Assembly: GCA_038279365.1 (NCBI GenBank)
Contig: JAYODI010000062.1
Span: 1 to 35,579, forward strand
From: Candidatus Latescibacterota bacterium
GTDB taxonomy: Bacteria; Latescibacterota; UBA2968
Length of the DNA stretch: 35,579 nt
Direction of reading: 5' to 3'
The position numbers were made by a program, and so were the translations under genes. How positions within the stretch are numbered: the first letter of the stretch is position 1; every line of letters starts with the position of its first letter. Positions 8,048-17,865 of this stretch are shown one piece after another. Below the pieces are notes generated by a model. That model was not told the origin of the DNA, ran no database searches, and worked only from the letters and a program-made list of their open reading frames with translations.

Positions 8048-9232
8048 ATGAGCAATATTTATGAAAAATTAGGAGTCCAGACCATTGTCAATGCAGCGGG
8101 TCCGGTTACGCGTTTGAGTGGTGCGGTAATGGACGGGGACGTGGTTGCGGCCATGCAGGAGGCGGGGCAATTTTCGGTGGATATGACCGAATTGCAAATG
8201 GTAGCCGGTCAACTTATCGCGGAACTTACGGGTGCAGAATCGGGTTATGTTACATCGGGTGCGGCGGCGGGGTTGCTGTTGGCTACAGCCGCGTGTGTGA
8301 CGGGTTTAGAACCCGGCAAAATGAATCGGTTGCCCGATACGATTGGCATGAAAAATGAGGTAATTATACCGCGTTCACATCGCAACTTTTACGATCACGC
8401 GGTGCGTGCTGTGGGAGTTAAGTTGATAGAGGTGGGCATACCAGATCGGTTTAGTGGTGCGGGTGTACGCGATACGGAAGCCTGGGAAATTGCCGATGCC
8501 ATCACAGAGCAAACGGCAGCCATTGTTTACGTGGCCCAAGGACATGCCCGTCCATCATTGCCCGAAGTGACGGCAGTGGCCCAAAAATATGGGGTGCCCG
8601 TTGTTGTTGATGCAGCAGGGCAGTTGCCACCTGCGATCCATTTAAAGCGATTTGTGGCAGAAGGGGCCGATGTGGTTTGTTTTAGTGGCGGCAAAGCTGT
8701 GGGTGGGCCACAAGGCTCGGGCATTTTGTGTGGGCGAAAAGATCTGATTTCGGCAGTGGCCTTGCAACATTTAGATTTGGACGTACATTTCGATTTGTGG
8801 AATCCGCCACCTGCATTGATTGACAAACACGCAATGCCAGGTGCACCACAACACGGTATTGGTCGGCCCTGCAAAGTGGGCAAAGAACAGATCGTGGGGC
8901 TTATGGTTGCTCTCAAAAAATTTGTGGCCGAAGGGGATGATGTGCGGCATAAACGTTGGGCACAGATGATGATTGATTTGGCAGAGGCCGTTGGAGAGTT
9001 GAAAAAGGCGCGTGTTGAAATGCATTTGGAGCGTGTGGTGCCTATGTTACAGATTCATTTGGCAGATGTGAATGCTGGGGTAGAGGTGGTGAAGCAACTC
9101 ATGGCAGGAACCCCCAGTGTGCATGTCAATACGGCAGGTGTTTATGAAGGTGTTTTGGGGTTTAATCCGATTTGTTTGTCACCCAATCAGGTGGGACAGA
9201 TAGCAAATCGTTTACGAGAGCTTTTGGGGTGA
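8048..9232 (+). CDS. SelA-like / DgaE-family PLP-dependent enzyme
   Basis: IYEKLGVQTIVNAAG, VTSGAAAGL, VVVDAA, FSGGK (PLP lysine) AVGGPQGSG, GIGRPCKVGKEQI. Confidence 0.85.
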   Translation: MSNIYEKLGVQTIVNAAGPVTRLSGAVMDGDVVAAMQEAGQFSVDMTELQMVAGQLIAELTGAESGYVTSGAAAGLLLATAACVTGLEPGKMNRLPDTIGMKNEVIIPRSHRNFYDHAVRAVGVKLIEVGIPDRFSGAGVRDTEAWEIADAITEQTAAIVYVAQGHARPSLPEVTAVAQKYGVPVVVDAAGQLPPAIHLKRFVAEGADVVCFSGGKAVGGPQGSGILCGRKDLISAVALQHLDLDVHFDLWNPPPALIDKHAMPGAPQHGIGRPCKVGKEQIVGLMVALKKFVAEGDDVRHKRWAQMMIDLAEAVGELKKARVEMHLERVVPMLQIHLADVNAGVEVVKQLMAGTPSVHVNTAGVYEGVLGFNPICLSPNQVGQIANRLRELLG

Positions 9233-9236
9233 ATCT

Positions 9237-10580
9237 ATGCAAATTGATTGGAAAAAAGAAGGTGCAGAGGCCGTTCGACGTTTACAGGCCATGTTGCAAT
9301 ACGATACCACAAACCCACCCGGCAACGAGTTGGCCTTGGCCCACTTTTTGGCCGAAGAATTAAAGGCCGAGGGCATTGTTTCTGAGGTGTTGTGTTCTGC
9401 TGATCAACGGGGCAATTTGATGGTGCGTTTACAGGGTGATGGCAGTGAACGCCCAGTGTTGATGATGTCGCATTTGGATGTGGTGCCTGCCGAACCCCAA
9501 ATGTGGACACACCCACCCTTTGGAGGAGTGGTCGATGGTGGTTTTGTTTGGGGGCGGGGGGCTATCGATTCGAAGCTTACGGGGGCAGTGCAGATGCAGG
9601 TGTTGTTGATGTGTAAGCGCTTGGGGTTACCCCTTAAGCGCGATTTGGTATTGGTGGCCACTGCCGATGAAGAAAAAGGTGCGCATTATGGCATGGAATG
9701 GTTGGTCGATCAACATCGCGAATGGTTTGATGCCGAATATGGTTTGAATGAGGCAGGTGGATTTGCCCTGATGGTTGATGGCATACCGGTTTATACCTGT
9801 CAGGTGGCGGAAAAAGGGAGTGCCCCTTACGATGTGGTTGCCAATGGCAAACCTGGGCACAGTTCAGTACCGCACAACGACAATGCCATCGCGCATTTGG
9901 GGCAAGTGTTGTATCATTTGGGATCGGGGTTGATGCCCCATCGGGTGGTGCTGTGCGTAGAAGCCTTTTTTGAGTCGATGGCCAATCAGATGCCCAACCT
10001 CGATGTGGCTGACTTGTTGCGGGCGGTGTTGGTACCCGAAACCTCAGAAGCGGCCCTTGCGCGTTTGCCAGTTAATGAGGCAACGCGATTGATGTTTCAA
10101 GCAATGGTGCGCAACACCTGTGCGCCCACGGTGTTAGAGGCAGGTTTGAAGCGCAATGTGATTCCTTCCCAAGCACGTGCTCAGTTAAGTGGGCGTCCTT
10201 TGCCGGGTGTGGATGAAGCCACTTTTGCATCGGAAGTGAATGCGTTGATGGGGGGGGCTGGGCAATTGGATTTGACCGAACCCTTTCGTCAAGGAGTGGC
10301 TTTTGAACACAATACGCCGTTGTTTGATGCCATTGTAGATGCTATGCATCAGGCCGATGGCAACAGTGTGGTGGTGCCCTATATGCAAACAGGTGGCACG
10401 GATGCACGGTTTTTAAGTGATTTGGATATGCATGTCTACGGGTTTGTGCCTATGCGTTATGAGGCAGGTTTGGATTTTTTTGAATTGTGTCATGGGCACG
10501 ATGAACGTGTTTCCACAGACAATGTGACCTTTGCTGTTGAGGTATTATTTGATGTGGTTCGCAGGTTGAATTTGGCGTAA
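9237..10580 (+). CDS. M20/M25/M40 family metallopeptidase / deacylase (DapE/ArgE-like)
   Basis: SHLDVVPA, GRGAIDSK, ADEE, LNEAG, GHSS, GGTDAR, HGHDER motifs. Confidence 0.92.
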   Translation: MQIDWKKEGAEAVRRLQAMLQYDTTNPPGNELALAHFLAEELKAEGIVSEVLCSADQRGNLMVRLQGDGSERPVLMMSHLDVVPAEPQMWTHPPFGGVVDGGFVWGRGAIDSKLTGAVQMQVLLMCKRLGLPLKRDLVLVATADEEKGAHYGMEWLVDQHREWFDAEYGLNEAGGFALMVDGIPVYTCQVAEKGSAPYDVVANGKPGHSSVPHNDNAIAHLGQVLYHLGSGLMPHRVVLCVEAFFESMANQMPNLDVADLLRAVLVPETSEAALARLPVNEATRLMFQAMVRNTCAPTVLEAGLKRNVIPSQARAQLSGRPLPGVDEATFASEVNALMGGAGQLDLTEPFRQGVAFEHNTPLFDAIVDAMHQADGNSVVVPYMQTGGTDARFLSDLDMHVYGFVPMRYEAGLDFFELCHGHDERVSTDNVTFAVEVLFDVVRRLNLA

Positions 10581-10679
10581 TGGGCTTTTGGGCTGTTGTG
10601 GCAATTGACTTTTGGGTTGCGTCCAGATATATTGTGGCACAGTTGTGTTGGTAAGTGGTCAACCATAGGAGGGCTTATC

Positions 10680-11360
10680 ATGAGTGCGATTACCATTTCA
10701 AGGGAATATGGCAGTGGTGGGCGAACCATCGCTGCAAAGGTGGCAGATGCCCTCGGCTATGAACATATGGATAAAGATTTGTTGGTGGCCGTTGCTCAAG
10801 AAGCGCAGGTGCCAGTGTCTGAAGTGGAGCGATATGACGAACAACCAGAACATCCGGCATTGCGTATTTTGCGCAAATTTTTAACACCTGGCTATGCCGA
10901 TACATTAACGGGTTTGTCTGAATACGAATGGTGGGCAACGGCAACCGTTCCAGAGTTGTCTCACCAAAAAGACAAGGCTTTGGCAACCTTGGATGAAGAA
11001 GTATATGTGAAGTTGACTGCCGAAGTGGCCACGCGTATGACCGAACAAGATAAAGTGGTTCTTGTGGGGCGGGGTGGGCAAGCTGTGTTAAAAGGACGGA
11101 AAGACGTTTTACATGTGCGGGTGGTTGCTCCTACAGATTTTAAGATGGAAATCGTCAAAGAGCGCGATGGTTTGGATGGGGATGCCGCTGTAAAACGGAT
11201 GAAGCAAATGGATGAGCGCAGGCGTACCTATTTGCATCGCCATTATGATATTGATCTGACCGATAGTCGGTTGTATCACATCACAGTCAATACGGGCTTT
11301 TTGGGTATGGATGCCGCTGCCGATTTGGTGGTCAAAGCAGCAAAGCGCATCGGGTTATAA
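10680..11360 (+). CDS. Cytidylate kinase-like family protein
   Basis: ITISREYGSGGRTIA P-loop variant, VVLVGRGG, LHVRVVAP, YHITVNT; AGGAGG RBS before ATG 10680. Confidence 0.88.
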   Translation: MSAITISREYGSGGRTIAAKVADALGYEHMDKDLLVAVAQEAQVPVSEVERYDEQPEHPALRILRKFLTPGYADTLTGLSEYEWWATATVPELSHQKDKALATLDEEVYVKLTAEVATRMTEQDKVVLVGRGGQAVLKGRKDVLHVRVVAPTDFKMEIVKERDGLDGDAAVKRMKQMDERRRTYLHRHYDIDLTDSRLYHITVNTGFLGMDAAADLVVKAAKRIGL

Positions 11361-11378
11361 AGCATAAAGTAGAGCTAC

Positions 11379-11416
11379 AAAAAAAGGGCGAGACAGATGT
11401 CTCGCCCTTTTTTTTT
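11379..11416. terminator. Bidirectional intrinsic terminator
   Basis: A-run, GGGCGAGACA-GA-TGTCTCGCCC, T-run, between convergent genes. Confidence 0.9.
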
Positions 11417-11430
11417 GACAGTGATGCATA

Positions 11431-12525
11431 TTATTTTGCGTTGAGATAAACGCGTTTCATGGCTTCTATTTTACCTGTGTCTTGTGCCACACTGCGTATG
11501 GTAAACATCATCACACCCGTGCTTTTTCCCGAAAGCCCATATTGTAATACTTTTTCAAATTCATCGGGTTCTATGCGCGGCTCGTCGTGAGCTTGTACGA
11601 TGGGCCAAATTTTAGGAAATTTATCGGGAGCTGTTTGAATATAGGGTTTGGCCCCCATCCAATCGACAAATTCTTTGACATATTCAGGAGGTTTGCCAGA
11701 GCGGCCATGGTATACCATGGGTGAAAAGACATCGACATAAGGAGATAAGGCGTCAAAATCGAGGCCCAGCGCACGTCGTCGAACGCCACCCAGATCTTCG
11801 TCTTTCCAAGCCGCATGGAATGCACCAACCAAGGCATTGGGGCGTATTTCTTTTACGATGCTACGAAATTCTTTTGCCCAATCAACCACAACGGATACGC
11901 GCCAATCTTCCCATTCTTTGGCGGCATTCATGAAGATCCATTTGGATTTTTCGGGAATGGTTTCGCCTTGTACTTCAATGCCTGTTTTTTCTTGAAAAGC
12001 ATGGAGACAATGGTCATTAAAACAGGTTTTAAGGAAGACCGGATAGGGGTCTTCAAATTGGGCATGCCAATGCACATAATCCATCCACACACCGTCTAAA
12101 TCGAGCTTTGTGAGCATATCGCGAAGGGCTTGCATGCGGTATTCGCGAAAGCCCGGATGCGTAGGACATACGCCCATAAACCAAGTAGCGGGTGGGGCTG
12201 GTTTGCCCGAATCATCTATGGGGTGGGCGTCAGGGTTTTTTTCAACATAGTTGCCATATTTGCCATTGAGGGTGGCAAATTCGGCAAAAACTTTGGCGCC
12301 TTCATCTTTTGCGCGTTTGAATGTGGCTTCATCAATGCTTGCTCCGTGAATAAAAACGGCATTGATGCCATATTCATCTAAACGCGCACCTGTATCCCAA
12401 AAGGTTTTGGGGTGTGCATAGGTACCGCGAATCATAATGGTTTTTTCCTGTGCATTAAGCGTGTTTGGTAAAATGTAAACACAAAGCGTGAGGAGGCATA
12501 GGCGACAAAATGTGCTTAGAGTCAT
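11431..12525 (-). CDS. Secreted putative glycoside hydrolase-like TIM-barrel protein (GHL10/DUF187-like)
   Basis: Signal-peptide-like N-terminus; VCPTHPGFR, LDGVWMDYVHW, CFNDHCLHAF, VDVFSPMVYH. Confidence 0.65.
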   Translation of the reverse strand: MTLSTFCRLCLLTLCVYILPNTLNAQEKTIMIRGTYAHPKTFWDTGARLDEYGINAVFIHGASIDEATFKRAKDEGAKVFAEFATLNGKYGNYVEKNPDAHPIDDSGKPAPPATWFMGVCPTHPGFREYRMQALRDMLTKLDLDGVWMDYVHWHAQFEDPYPVFLKTCFNDHCLHAFQEKTGIEVQGETIPEKSKWIFMNAAKEWEDWRVSVVVDWAKEFRSIVKEIRPNALVGAFHAAWKDEDLGGVRRRALGLDFDALSPYVDVFSPMVYHGRSGKPPEYVKEFVDWMGAKPYIQTAPDKFPKIWPIVQAHDEPRIEPDEFEKVLQYGLSGKSTGVMMFTIRSVAQDTGKIEAMKRVYLNAK

Positions 12526-12528
12526 CTT

Positions 12529-12714
12529 TTAAGCCTCTGTTGTTTTTTTGACAAGGTGATCGAGGTTGACATGTTTGATGGCATCTATGGCCAATTCCCA
12601 TCGGCCTTCTTGGCACAACCCTCTCAAACCGGCATCTTCGTAGGCTTCTGTTGCAGCATTGATGCAAGCTTGTCGGATTTTTTCAAGGTGTTGCTCTTTG
12701 ATATTATTTTTCAT
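12529..12714 (-). CDS. Small hypothetical protein (61 aa)
   Basis: Fills the gap between gdh and the GH-like gene with 6- and 3-nt spacers; IRQACINAATEAYEDAGLRGLCQEGRWELAIDAI resembles a small conserved protein I recall. Confidence 0.7.
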   Translation of the reverse strand: MKNNIKEQHLEKIRQACINAATEAYEDAGLRGLCQEGRWELAIDAIKHVNLDHLVKKTTEA

Positions 12715-12720
12715 TTGGTT

Positions 12721-14133
12721 TTACAAACCCATTTCTCTGTAGGCCATTGCAATTTTTTCTATTGCAATCACAAAAGCTGCGGTGCGTAAGTCTGGCACAT
12801 TGTCGCGCGAATTGTAAATGTTGCTGATACTTTGATAGGAGACGCGCATCGTATCTTCAAGGCCTGAACGGACAAGATCCAATTCGTCTGAACCATAGGT
12901 GAGTTTGGCTCGCACATGCGCGGGTACGGGTTTGCCAACCATTTCTTCAATGGCTTCTATGACTTGCTCACCCTTGTGGGCTTCATGGCGTCTGTCTAAG
13001 CGACCAAAACGAATGTGAGATAAGTTTTTGATCCATTCAAAATAAGACACCGTCACACCACCCGCATTGAGGAATGCGTCGGGAATGATCATTTTTCCAT
13101 GTTTGCGCAAATAATCATCGGCCTCAAATGTGACAGGGCCGTTGGCGGCTTCGGCAATCAGCTTGGCTTTGATACGCGGTGCATTTTCAAGCGTAATTTG
13201 ACCTTCCATCGCAGCTGGAATGAGAATATCGCACTCTGCCTCTAAGACACGGATGCCATTTTCAACATATTCGGCATCGGGGTAGCCTTTTACTCCTTTG
13301 TTTTCACGAATGTATTGTGATACGGCTTCTATGTTCAGGCCCGATGGAGAGACGAGTGCGCCATCGCGTTCGAGAATGCCTACAATTTTAACATCGTCTT
13401 CTTCTTGAAGGAATTTTGCCGCGTGATAACCCACATTTCCCAAGCCTTGTACAACTGCCGTTTTACCAGCCAACCCACCTGTTAAGCCCGCTTTTTTTAC
13501 ATCTTCAGGGTGCCTGAAAAATTCTTGAATGCCATATTGCACACCGCGACCAGTGGCTTCAACGCGGCCTTTGATGCCGCCTTGTGTTTCGGGTTTGCCA
13601 GTGACGCAGGCTATGGCGTTGATGTCTTCTGGGTGCAGGTTTCGATAGGTGTCAACAATCCAAGCCATTTCACGGGCGCCGGTGCCCATGTCTGGAGCAG
13701 GCACGTTTAAAGCTGGGTCGATATAGCCTTTTTTGATGAGCTCTTGTGCAAAGCGTCGGGTGATGCGTTCCAATTCAAATTCGTTGTAATCGCGTGGATC
13801 AATGCACAAGCCGCCTTTGGAACCCCCAAAGGGCACATCCACAATGGCACATTTATAAGACATGAGTGCTGCAAGTGCTTCAACGTCGTCTTGGTTGACG
13901 GAGGGGGCAAATCGAATGCCACCTTTTACGGGGAGGCGGTGTTCGCTGTGAACGGCTCGCCAGCCTTTAAAGATGCGGTAGCCATCGCGAAATTTGACAA
14001 AGAACTGAACCATATACACATTGTTGTTGGCTTTGATCTGTTCGCCTAAACCTGGAGGCAAATCTAATGTTGCAGCTGCGCGATCAAACATGAGATCTAC
14101 ACTTGCTTTAAAGCTCGTTTCATGTGTGGCCAT
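12721..14133 (-). CDS. gdhA: Glutamate dehydrogenase (Glu/Leu/Phe/Val dehydrogenase family) with antenna-like insertion
   Basis: KGGIRF, PFGGSKGG, VPAPDMGTG, VTGKP...GG, ATGRG, QGLGNVG, EAANGP, NAGGVTVSYFEW; GAAAGGA RBS before ATG 14133. Confidence 0.95.
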   Translation of the reverse strand: MATHETSFKASVDLMFDRAAATLDLPPGLGEQIKANNNVYMVQFFVKFRDGYRIFKGWRAVHSEHRLPVKGGIRFAPSVNQDDVEALAALMSYKCAIVDVPFGGSKGGLCIDPRDYNEFELERITRRFAQELIKKGYIDPALNVPAPDMGTGAREMAWIVDTYRNLHPEDINAIACVTGKPETQGGIKGRVEATGRGVQYGIQEFFRHPEDVKKAGLTGGLAGKTAVVQGLGNVGYHAAKFLQEEDDVKIVGILERDGALVSPSGLNIEAVSQYIRENKGVKGYPDAEYVENGIRVLEAECDILIPAAMEGQITLENAPRIKAKLIAEAANGPVTFEADDYLRKHGKMIIPDAFLNAGGVTVSYFEWIKNLSHIRFGRLDRRHEAHKGEQVIEAIEEMVGKPVPAHVRAKLTYGSDELDLVRSGLEDTMRVSYQSISNIYNSRDNVPDLRTAAFVIAIEKIAMAYREMGL

Positions 14134-14180
14134 AATCAGGTCCTTTCGCAATGGACAATGTTTATGCTGGAATGTGCCCA

Positions 14181-14209
14181 TTAATAGGACATGAATTGAA
14201 TGTTGTCAA
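14181..14209 (-). promoter_or_regulatory. Putative sigma70 promoter for the gdh operon
   Basis: Minus strand TTGACA, 17 nt, TATTAA(T); supports the 14133 start over 14181. Confidence 0.55.
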
Positions 14210-14309
14210 GGAAGATGGTGGGATGTAAAGCCTTTCACCATGCCTGGCGGGGTGGCGTAGAGATTGCCGATAGGGAGGGATAAACCTGTGTTTTTTGCAA
14301 TATGAAATT

Positions 14310-15206
14310 TTATTTGTTCAGCAAATTGCGAAGTGTAGGCTCAAGGGTTGGGTGGGTAAAGGTGAATTTGGAAGCTTGAAGTTTGGCGGGCAAAACGCGG
14401 ATGCTCGATAAAAGAAGAGCATCGGCCATTTCGCCTAATACCAAGCGAGCGGCAAATGCTGGCAACGGGAAAAGGGTTGGGCGATGTAAGACGTGCCCTA
14501 AGGTTTTGGTAAATGATCGATTGGTGATTGGTGTTGGTGAAACGGCGTTAATTGGCCCTGAAAGTGTGGGGGTATCTATGGCATAAAGAATGATGTTGAT
14601 CAGGTCATCGACACTGATCCAACTCATATATTGGGTGCCTGAGCCGATGACGCCGCCCAATCCGAGCTTGAAGGGCAAAAGCATTTTGCCCAACGCGCCC
14701 CCATCGGGTGTGAGTACGATGCCGATGCGGGGAAAGACCGTGCGGATGCCTGCGTTGATGGCAGGTTGGGCAGCATTTTCCCAAGCTTGGCACACTTCTG
14801 GCAAAAAGCCTCTGCCTTGGGCACTGTTTTCGGTGAGGATTTCATCGGCACGGTGGCCATAATAACCCATTGCCGATGCCGAGATCAATGTGTGTGGTGG
14901 GTGAGACAGGTTGGCAAGGGTTTGAGAAAGAAGGTGCGTGCCATTGACACGGCTGTCTAGAATACGCCGTTTTCGCGTGGCGGTCCATCGGCCTCCCGCT
15001 ATGTTTTCGCCGGCCAAGTGAACAACGGCATCCAGTTGGGGCAGTGCCGCAACATCAAGATGCCCTTTGTCGGGGTGCCAAGTGATTTCAAGGGCATTTT
15101 GGGGAGGACGCCGAACCAGGCGATAAATGGTGGCATTGCGGTTTGTGAGGGCATTGGTGAGGGTCGTGCCGATAAGCCCTGATGCACCTGTGATGAGAAT
15201 ATTCAT
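14310..15206 (-). CDS. TIGR01777 family (YfcH-like) NAD-dependent epimerase/oxidoreductase
   Basis: MNILITGASGLIG, VVHLAGENIAGGRW, SASAMGYYG, CQAWE, GSGTQYMSWI. Confidence 0.93.
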   Translation of the reverse strand: MNILITGASGLIGTTLTNALTNRNATIYRLVRRPPQNALEITWHPDKGHLDVAALPQLDAVVHLAGENIAGGRWTATRKRRILDSRVNGTHLLSQTLANLSHPPHTLISASAMGYYGHRADEILTENSAQGRGFLPEVCQAWENAAQPAINAGIRTVFPRIGIVLTPDGGALGKMLLPFKLGLGGVIGSGTQYMSWISVDDLINIILYAIDTPTLSGPINAVSPTPITNRSFTKTLGHVLHRPTLFPLPAFAARLVLGEMADALLLSSIRVLPAKLQASKFTFTHPTLEPTLRNLLNK

Positions 15207-15210
15207 ATCG

Positions 15211-15624
15211 TTATAGGTGATAAAGCATGAGGTAAATGATGACACCCGTCAGGGAAACGAACATCCAACTGGGCCATACATATCGCGCCAATTTTTTGTG
15301 CCGCTCAAAGTTTTCTTGTAAGGCCCGCAAAACGAGTATGATAATAAAAGGCACATTAAGGGCTGCAAGGATGATGTGCGGAATCAGTATGGCAAAATAA
15401 ATGGGGCGTGTCCAATCGTGGTGGGGGTAAGGCACGGAACCCACTTGCAGGTGATAAACCACATAAGACGATAAAAAAATGACAGATGTGATGAGGGCAC
15501 CAACCATACTTTTTTGGTGCATCTTGATGTTTCCCTGTTTAATTTGAATGTATCCCCATAACAAACAGAGCGTGCATAAGCCGTTGAGAATGGCATTGAA
15601 AGTCGGTAAATCCATCGTATTCAT
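15211..15624 (-). CDS. DUF420 family membrane protein
   Basis: LPTFNAILN, FLSSYVVYH, YFAILIPHIILA, HKKLARYVWPSWMFVSLTGV; AAGGAGG RBS. Confidence 0.9.
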   Translation of the reverse strand: MNTMDLPTFNAILNGLCTLCLLWGYIQIKQGNIKMHQKSMVGALITSVIFLSSYVVYHLQVGSVPYPHHDWTRPIYFAILIPHIILAALNVPFIIILVLRALQENFERHKKLARYVWPSWMFVSLTGVIIYLMLYHL

Positions 15625-15735
15625 GTCGCCTCCTTTTTTTAAAGTTGAAACAGTGTACTCATTTTTTTTATTTTTGGCAATTGGACACTGTCATTTTGGG
15701 TCACATTTATGCATCATCTTCTGTGAACGGTCGCG

Positions 15736-15764
15736 TTGACATTGTTTGAGGTTTGGTTTATTTT
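15736..15764 (+). promoter_or_regulatory. Putative sigma70 promoter
   Basis: TTGACA (15736-15741), 17 nt, TATTTT (15759-15764). Confidence 0.5.
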
Positions 15765-15810
15765 TAGTTGAAGTTTTTAAATAAGTTAAGTCGTTTTTAG
15801 GAGGGTATTT

Positions 15811-16014
15811 ATGTCGGCATCACAAAATGCTTGGATGACTCCGAAGGAGATTACGGAGCGTTTGGGCACACGGAAAACCCGCGAAGCACAAGAAGATTTG
15901 CTTTATGATCGGCGCACCCGTCGGGAAATATTAGATTTGGTGATGGAGGCTGTGGGGTGTAACGAATATTCTGCAGAAGATTTTTTACGTGAAATTGTCA
16001 AGCCTGCTACCTAA
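15811..16014 (+). CDS. Small hypothetical helical protein (67 aa)
   Basis: AGGAGG RBS, upstream promoter-like motif, charged amphipathic sequence. Confidence 0.75.
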   Translation: MSASQNAWMTPKEITERLGTRKTREAQEDLLYDRRTRREILDLVMEAVGCNEYSAEDFLREIVKPAT

Positions 16015-16200
16015 TACGGCAAAAGATTCCCGTGTTTTGAGACAGTTTTACCTGAAAGCTTCTTTTTTTAAAAATAAGTCAAGCAGTTTCCGAAATCGTT
16101 TATTGAGGCGTGTGCGATGACGTACAACTACCATATACGGTATAATCTCGCCTTTTTACCCACTGCCAGGCCCGATTCTGGTGGTTAAGAAAGTGCACTG

Positions 16201-17865
16201 ATGAGGCCAAACACCATTGAGAGCGATTTTTTGGTTATAGGAAGTGGCATTGCTGGTCTGTCATTTGCTCTTAAAGCTGCAGAAGTGGGCACTGTGACGC
16301 TGGTCACAAAAAAAGAGTTTCAGGAATCCAATACAAATTATGCCCAAGGAGGCATTGCTTCGGTTTTGGATCCCAACGATTCTTTTGACTTGCATGTCGA
16401 AGATACCCTTAAAGCGGGTGCGGGGTTGTGCCGAGAAGATGTGGTTGCGTTGGTGGTCAAATCTGGCCCCAATATGGTCAACGATTTGATTGCTTGGGGA
16501 GCCGAGTTTACACGCGCCCAACAAAGCAACGATTTGGCCTTAGGGCGAGAGGGTGGGCATTCTAAAAACCGCATTGTTTATGCCGCCGATTTGACGGGTC
16601 GAGAAATTGAACGGGCCCTTACCGAAGCGGCTTCTGCCCATCCCAATATCACACTTTTTGAACATCACATGGCCATTGATTTGATTACAGATCACCATGT
16701 GGTGGGTACCAATGTAACCCCAGAGTCTCAGATTCATTGTTGGGGTGCTTATGTTTTGGATAATGCTGAAGAAGTTGTTAAAACCTGTCTGGCTCGTTTT
16801 ACGTTGTTGTGCAGTGGCGGGTGTGGGCGGATTTACCAGCACACCACCAATCCGAAAATTGCAACCGGAGATGGTATCGCAATGGCTTATCGGGCAGGTG
16901 CGCGGGTGGGGAATTTGGAATTTATGCAATTTCACCCAACGACATTGTATCATCCAAAGGCCGATTCCTTTTTGATTTCTGAGGCCGTGCGTGGGCACGG
17001 CGGTGTGTTGGTTGATCGCAATGGGCAAGCCTTTATGGACGATTACCACGAGATGGGTTCTCTGGCACCGCGCGATGTGGTGGCTCGGGCCATTGATAGT
17101 GAAATGAAAAAAAGTGGTGAGCCATGTGTGTTTTTAGATATCACACATTGTTCTGCCGATGAGTTAAAAACGCGGTTTCCCAATATTTATCAACGTTGTT
17201 TACACTTTGGCATCGACATGACCAAAGTGCCCATACCTGTGGTTCCTGCCGCACATTATATGTGTGGGGGGGTGTTTACCGACACGTGGGGGCGAACAGA
17301 TATCAAAGGGCTATATGCTTCGGGCGAAGTGGCCTGCACGGGGCTTCACGGGGCCAATCGGTTGGCCAGCAATTCTCTTTTAGAAGCATTGGTTTTTTCG
17401 GATCGGGCCATTCAAGATATTCAAAGCCAACTGAATAAAGAGACCCAAATACCCAATGTGCCAGCTTGGCAAGACGATGGGGTTTTTAACACCGAAGAAT
17501 GGGTGTTGTTGGCACACGACCGCCAAGAAGTACAGCGTTTGATGTGGGATTATGTGGGCATTGTGCGATCCGATTTTAGATTAAAACGCGCGGCCCGACG
17601 CATTGGTATCATTTCGCAAGAAGTTGAAGATTTCTATAAACGCACAAAAGTAACCGAACCCCTATTGGATCTTCGCAACCTGACCATGGTTGCCGCTTTG
17701 ACGGTGAGATGTGCTTTGGAACGGCGTGAAAATAGGGGGTTACATTATTCAATTGATTGCAAAGATTTTGATGAAAAAGCCACACCCAAAGATACTGTGG
17801 TGTCGGCTTGGGAAACTTGGGGATCGGGTTTACCGGTTATTGAGTGGACTGCTATTCAAGGATAA
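16201..17865 (+). CDS. nadB: L-aspartate oxidase
   Basis: VIGSGIAG, SNTNYAQGGIA, REGGHS, FMQFHPT, LISEAVRG, LAPRDVVARAI, PAAHYMCGG, TGLHGANRLASNSLLE. Confidence 0.97.
   Translation: MRPNTIESDFLVIGSGIAGLSFALKAAEVGTVTLVTKKEFQESNTNYAQGGIASVLDPNDSFDLHVEDTLKAGAGLCREDVVALVVKSGPNMVNDLIAWGAEFTRAQQSNDLALGREGGHSKNRIVYAADLTGREIERALTEAASAHPNITLFEHHMAIDLITDHHVVGTNVTPESQIHCWGAYVLDNAEEVVKTCLARFTLLCSGGCGRIYQHTTNPKIATGDGIAMAYRAGARVGNLEFMQFHPTTLYHPKADSFLISEAVRGHGGVLVDRNGQAFMDDYHEMGSLAPRDVVARAIDSEMKKSGEPCVFLDITHCSADELKTRFPNIYQRCLHFGIDMTKVPIPVVPAAHYMCGGVFTDTWGRTDIKGLYASGEVACTGLHGANRLASNSLLEALVFSDRAIQDIQSQLNKETQIPNVPAWQDDGVFNTEEWVLLAHDRQEVQRLMWDYVGIVRSDFRLKRAARRIGIISQEVEDFYKRTKVTEPLLDLRNLTMVAALTVRCALERRENRGLHYSIDCKDFDEKATPKDTVVSAWETWGSGLPVIEWTAIQG

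Noticed and set aside
8048-9232. Selenocysteine synthase (selA) and selenoprotein recoding
   Set aside because: The protein looks like the shorter DgaE/SelA-like type; no tRNA-Sec, selB or selD in the window, and no convincing in-frame UGA read-through (the redoxin has a plain CxxC)
16100-16200. NAD+ riboswitch upstream of nadB
   Set aside because: Only a short ACAAC resemblance; the conserved core and tandem architecture are not evident
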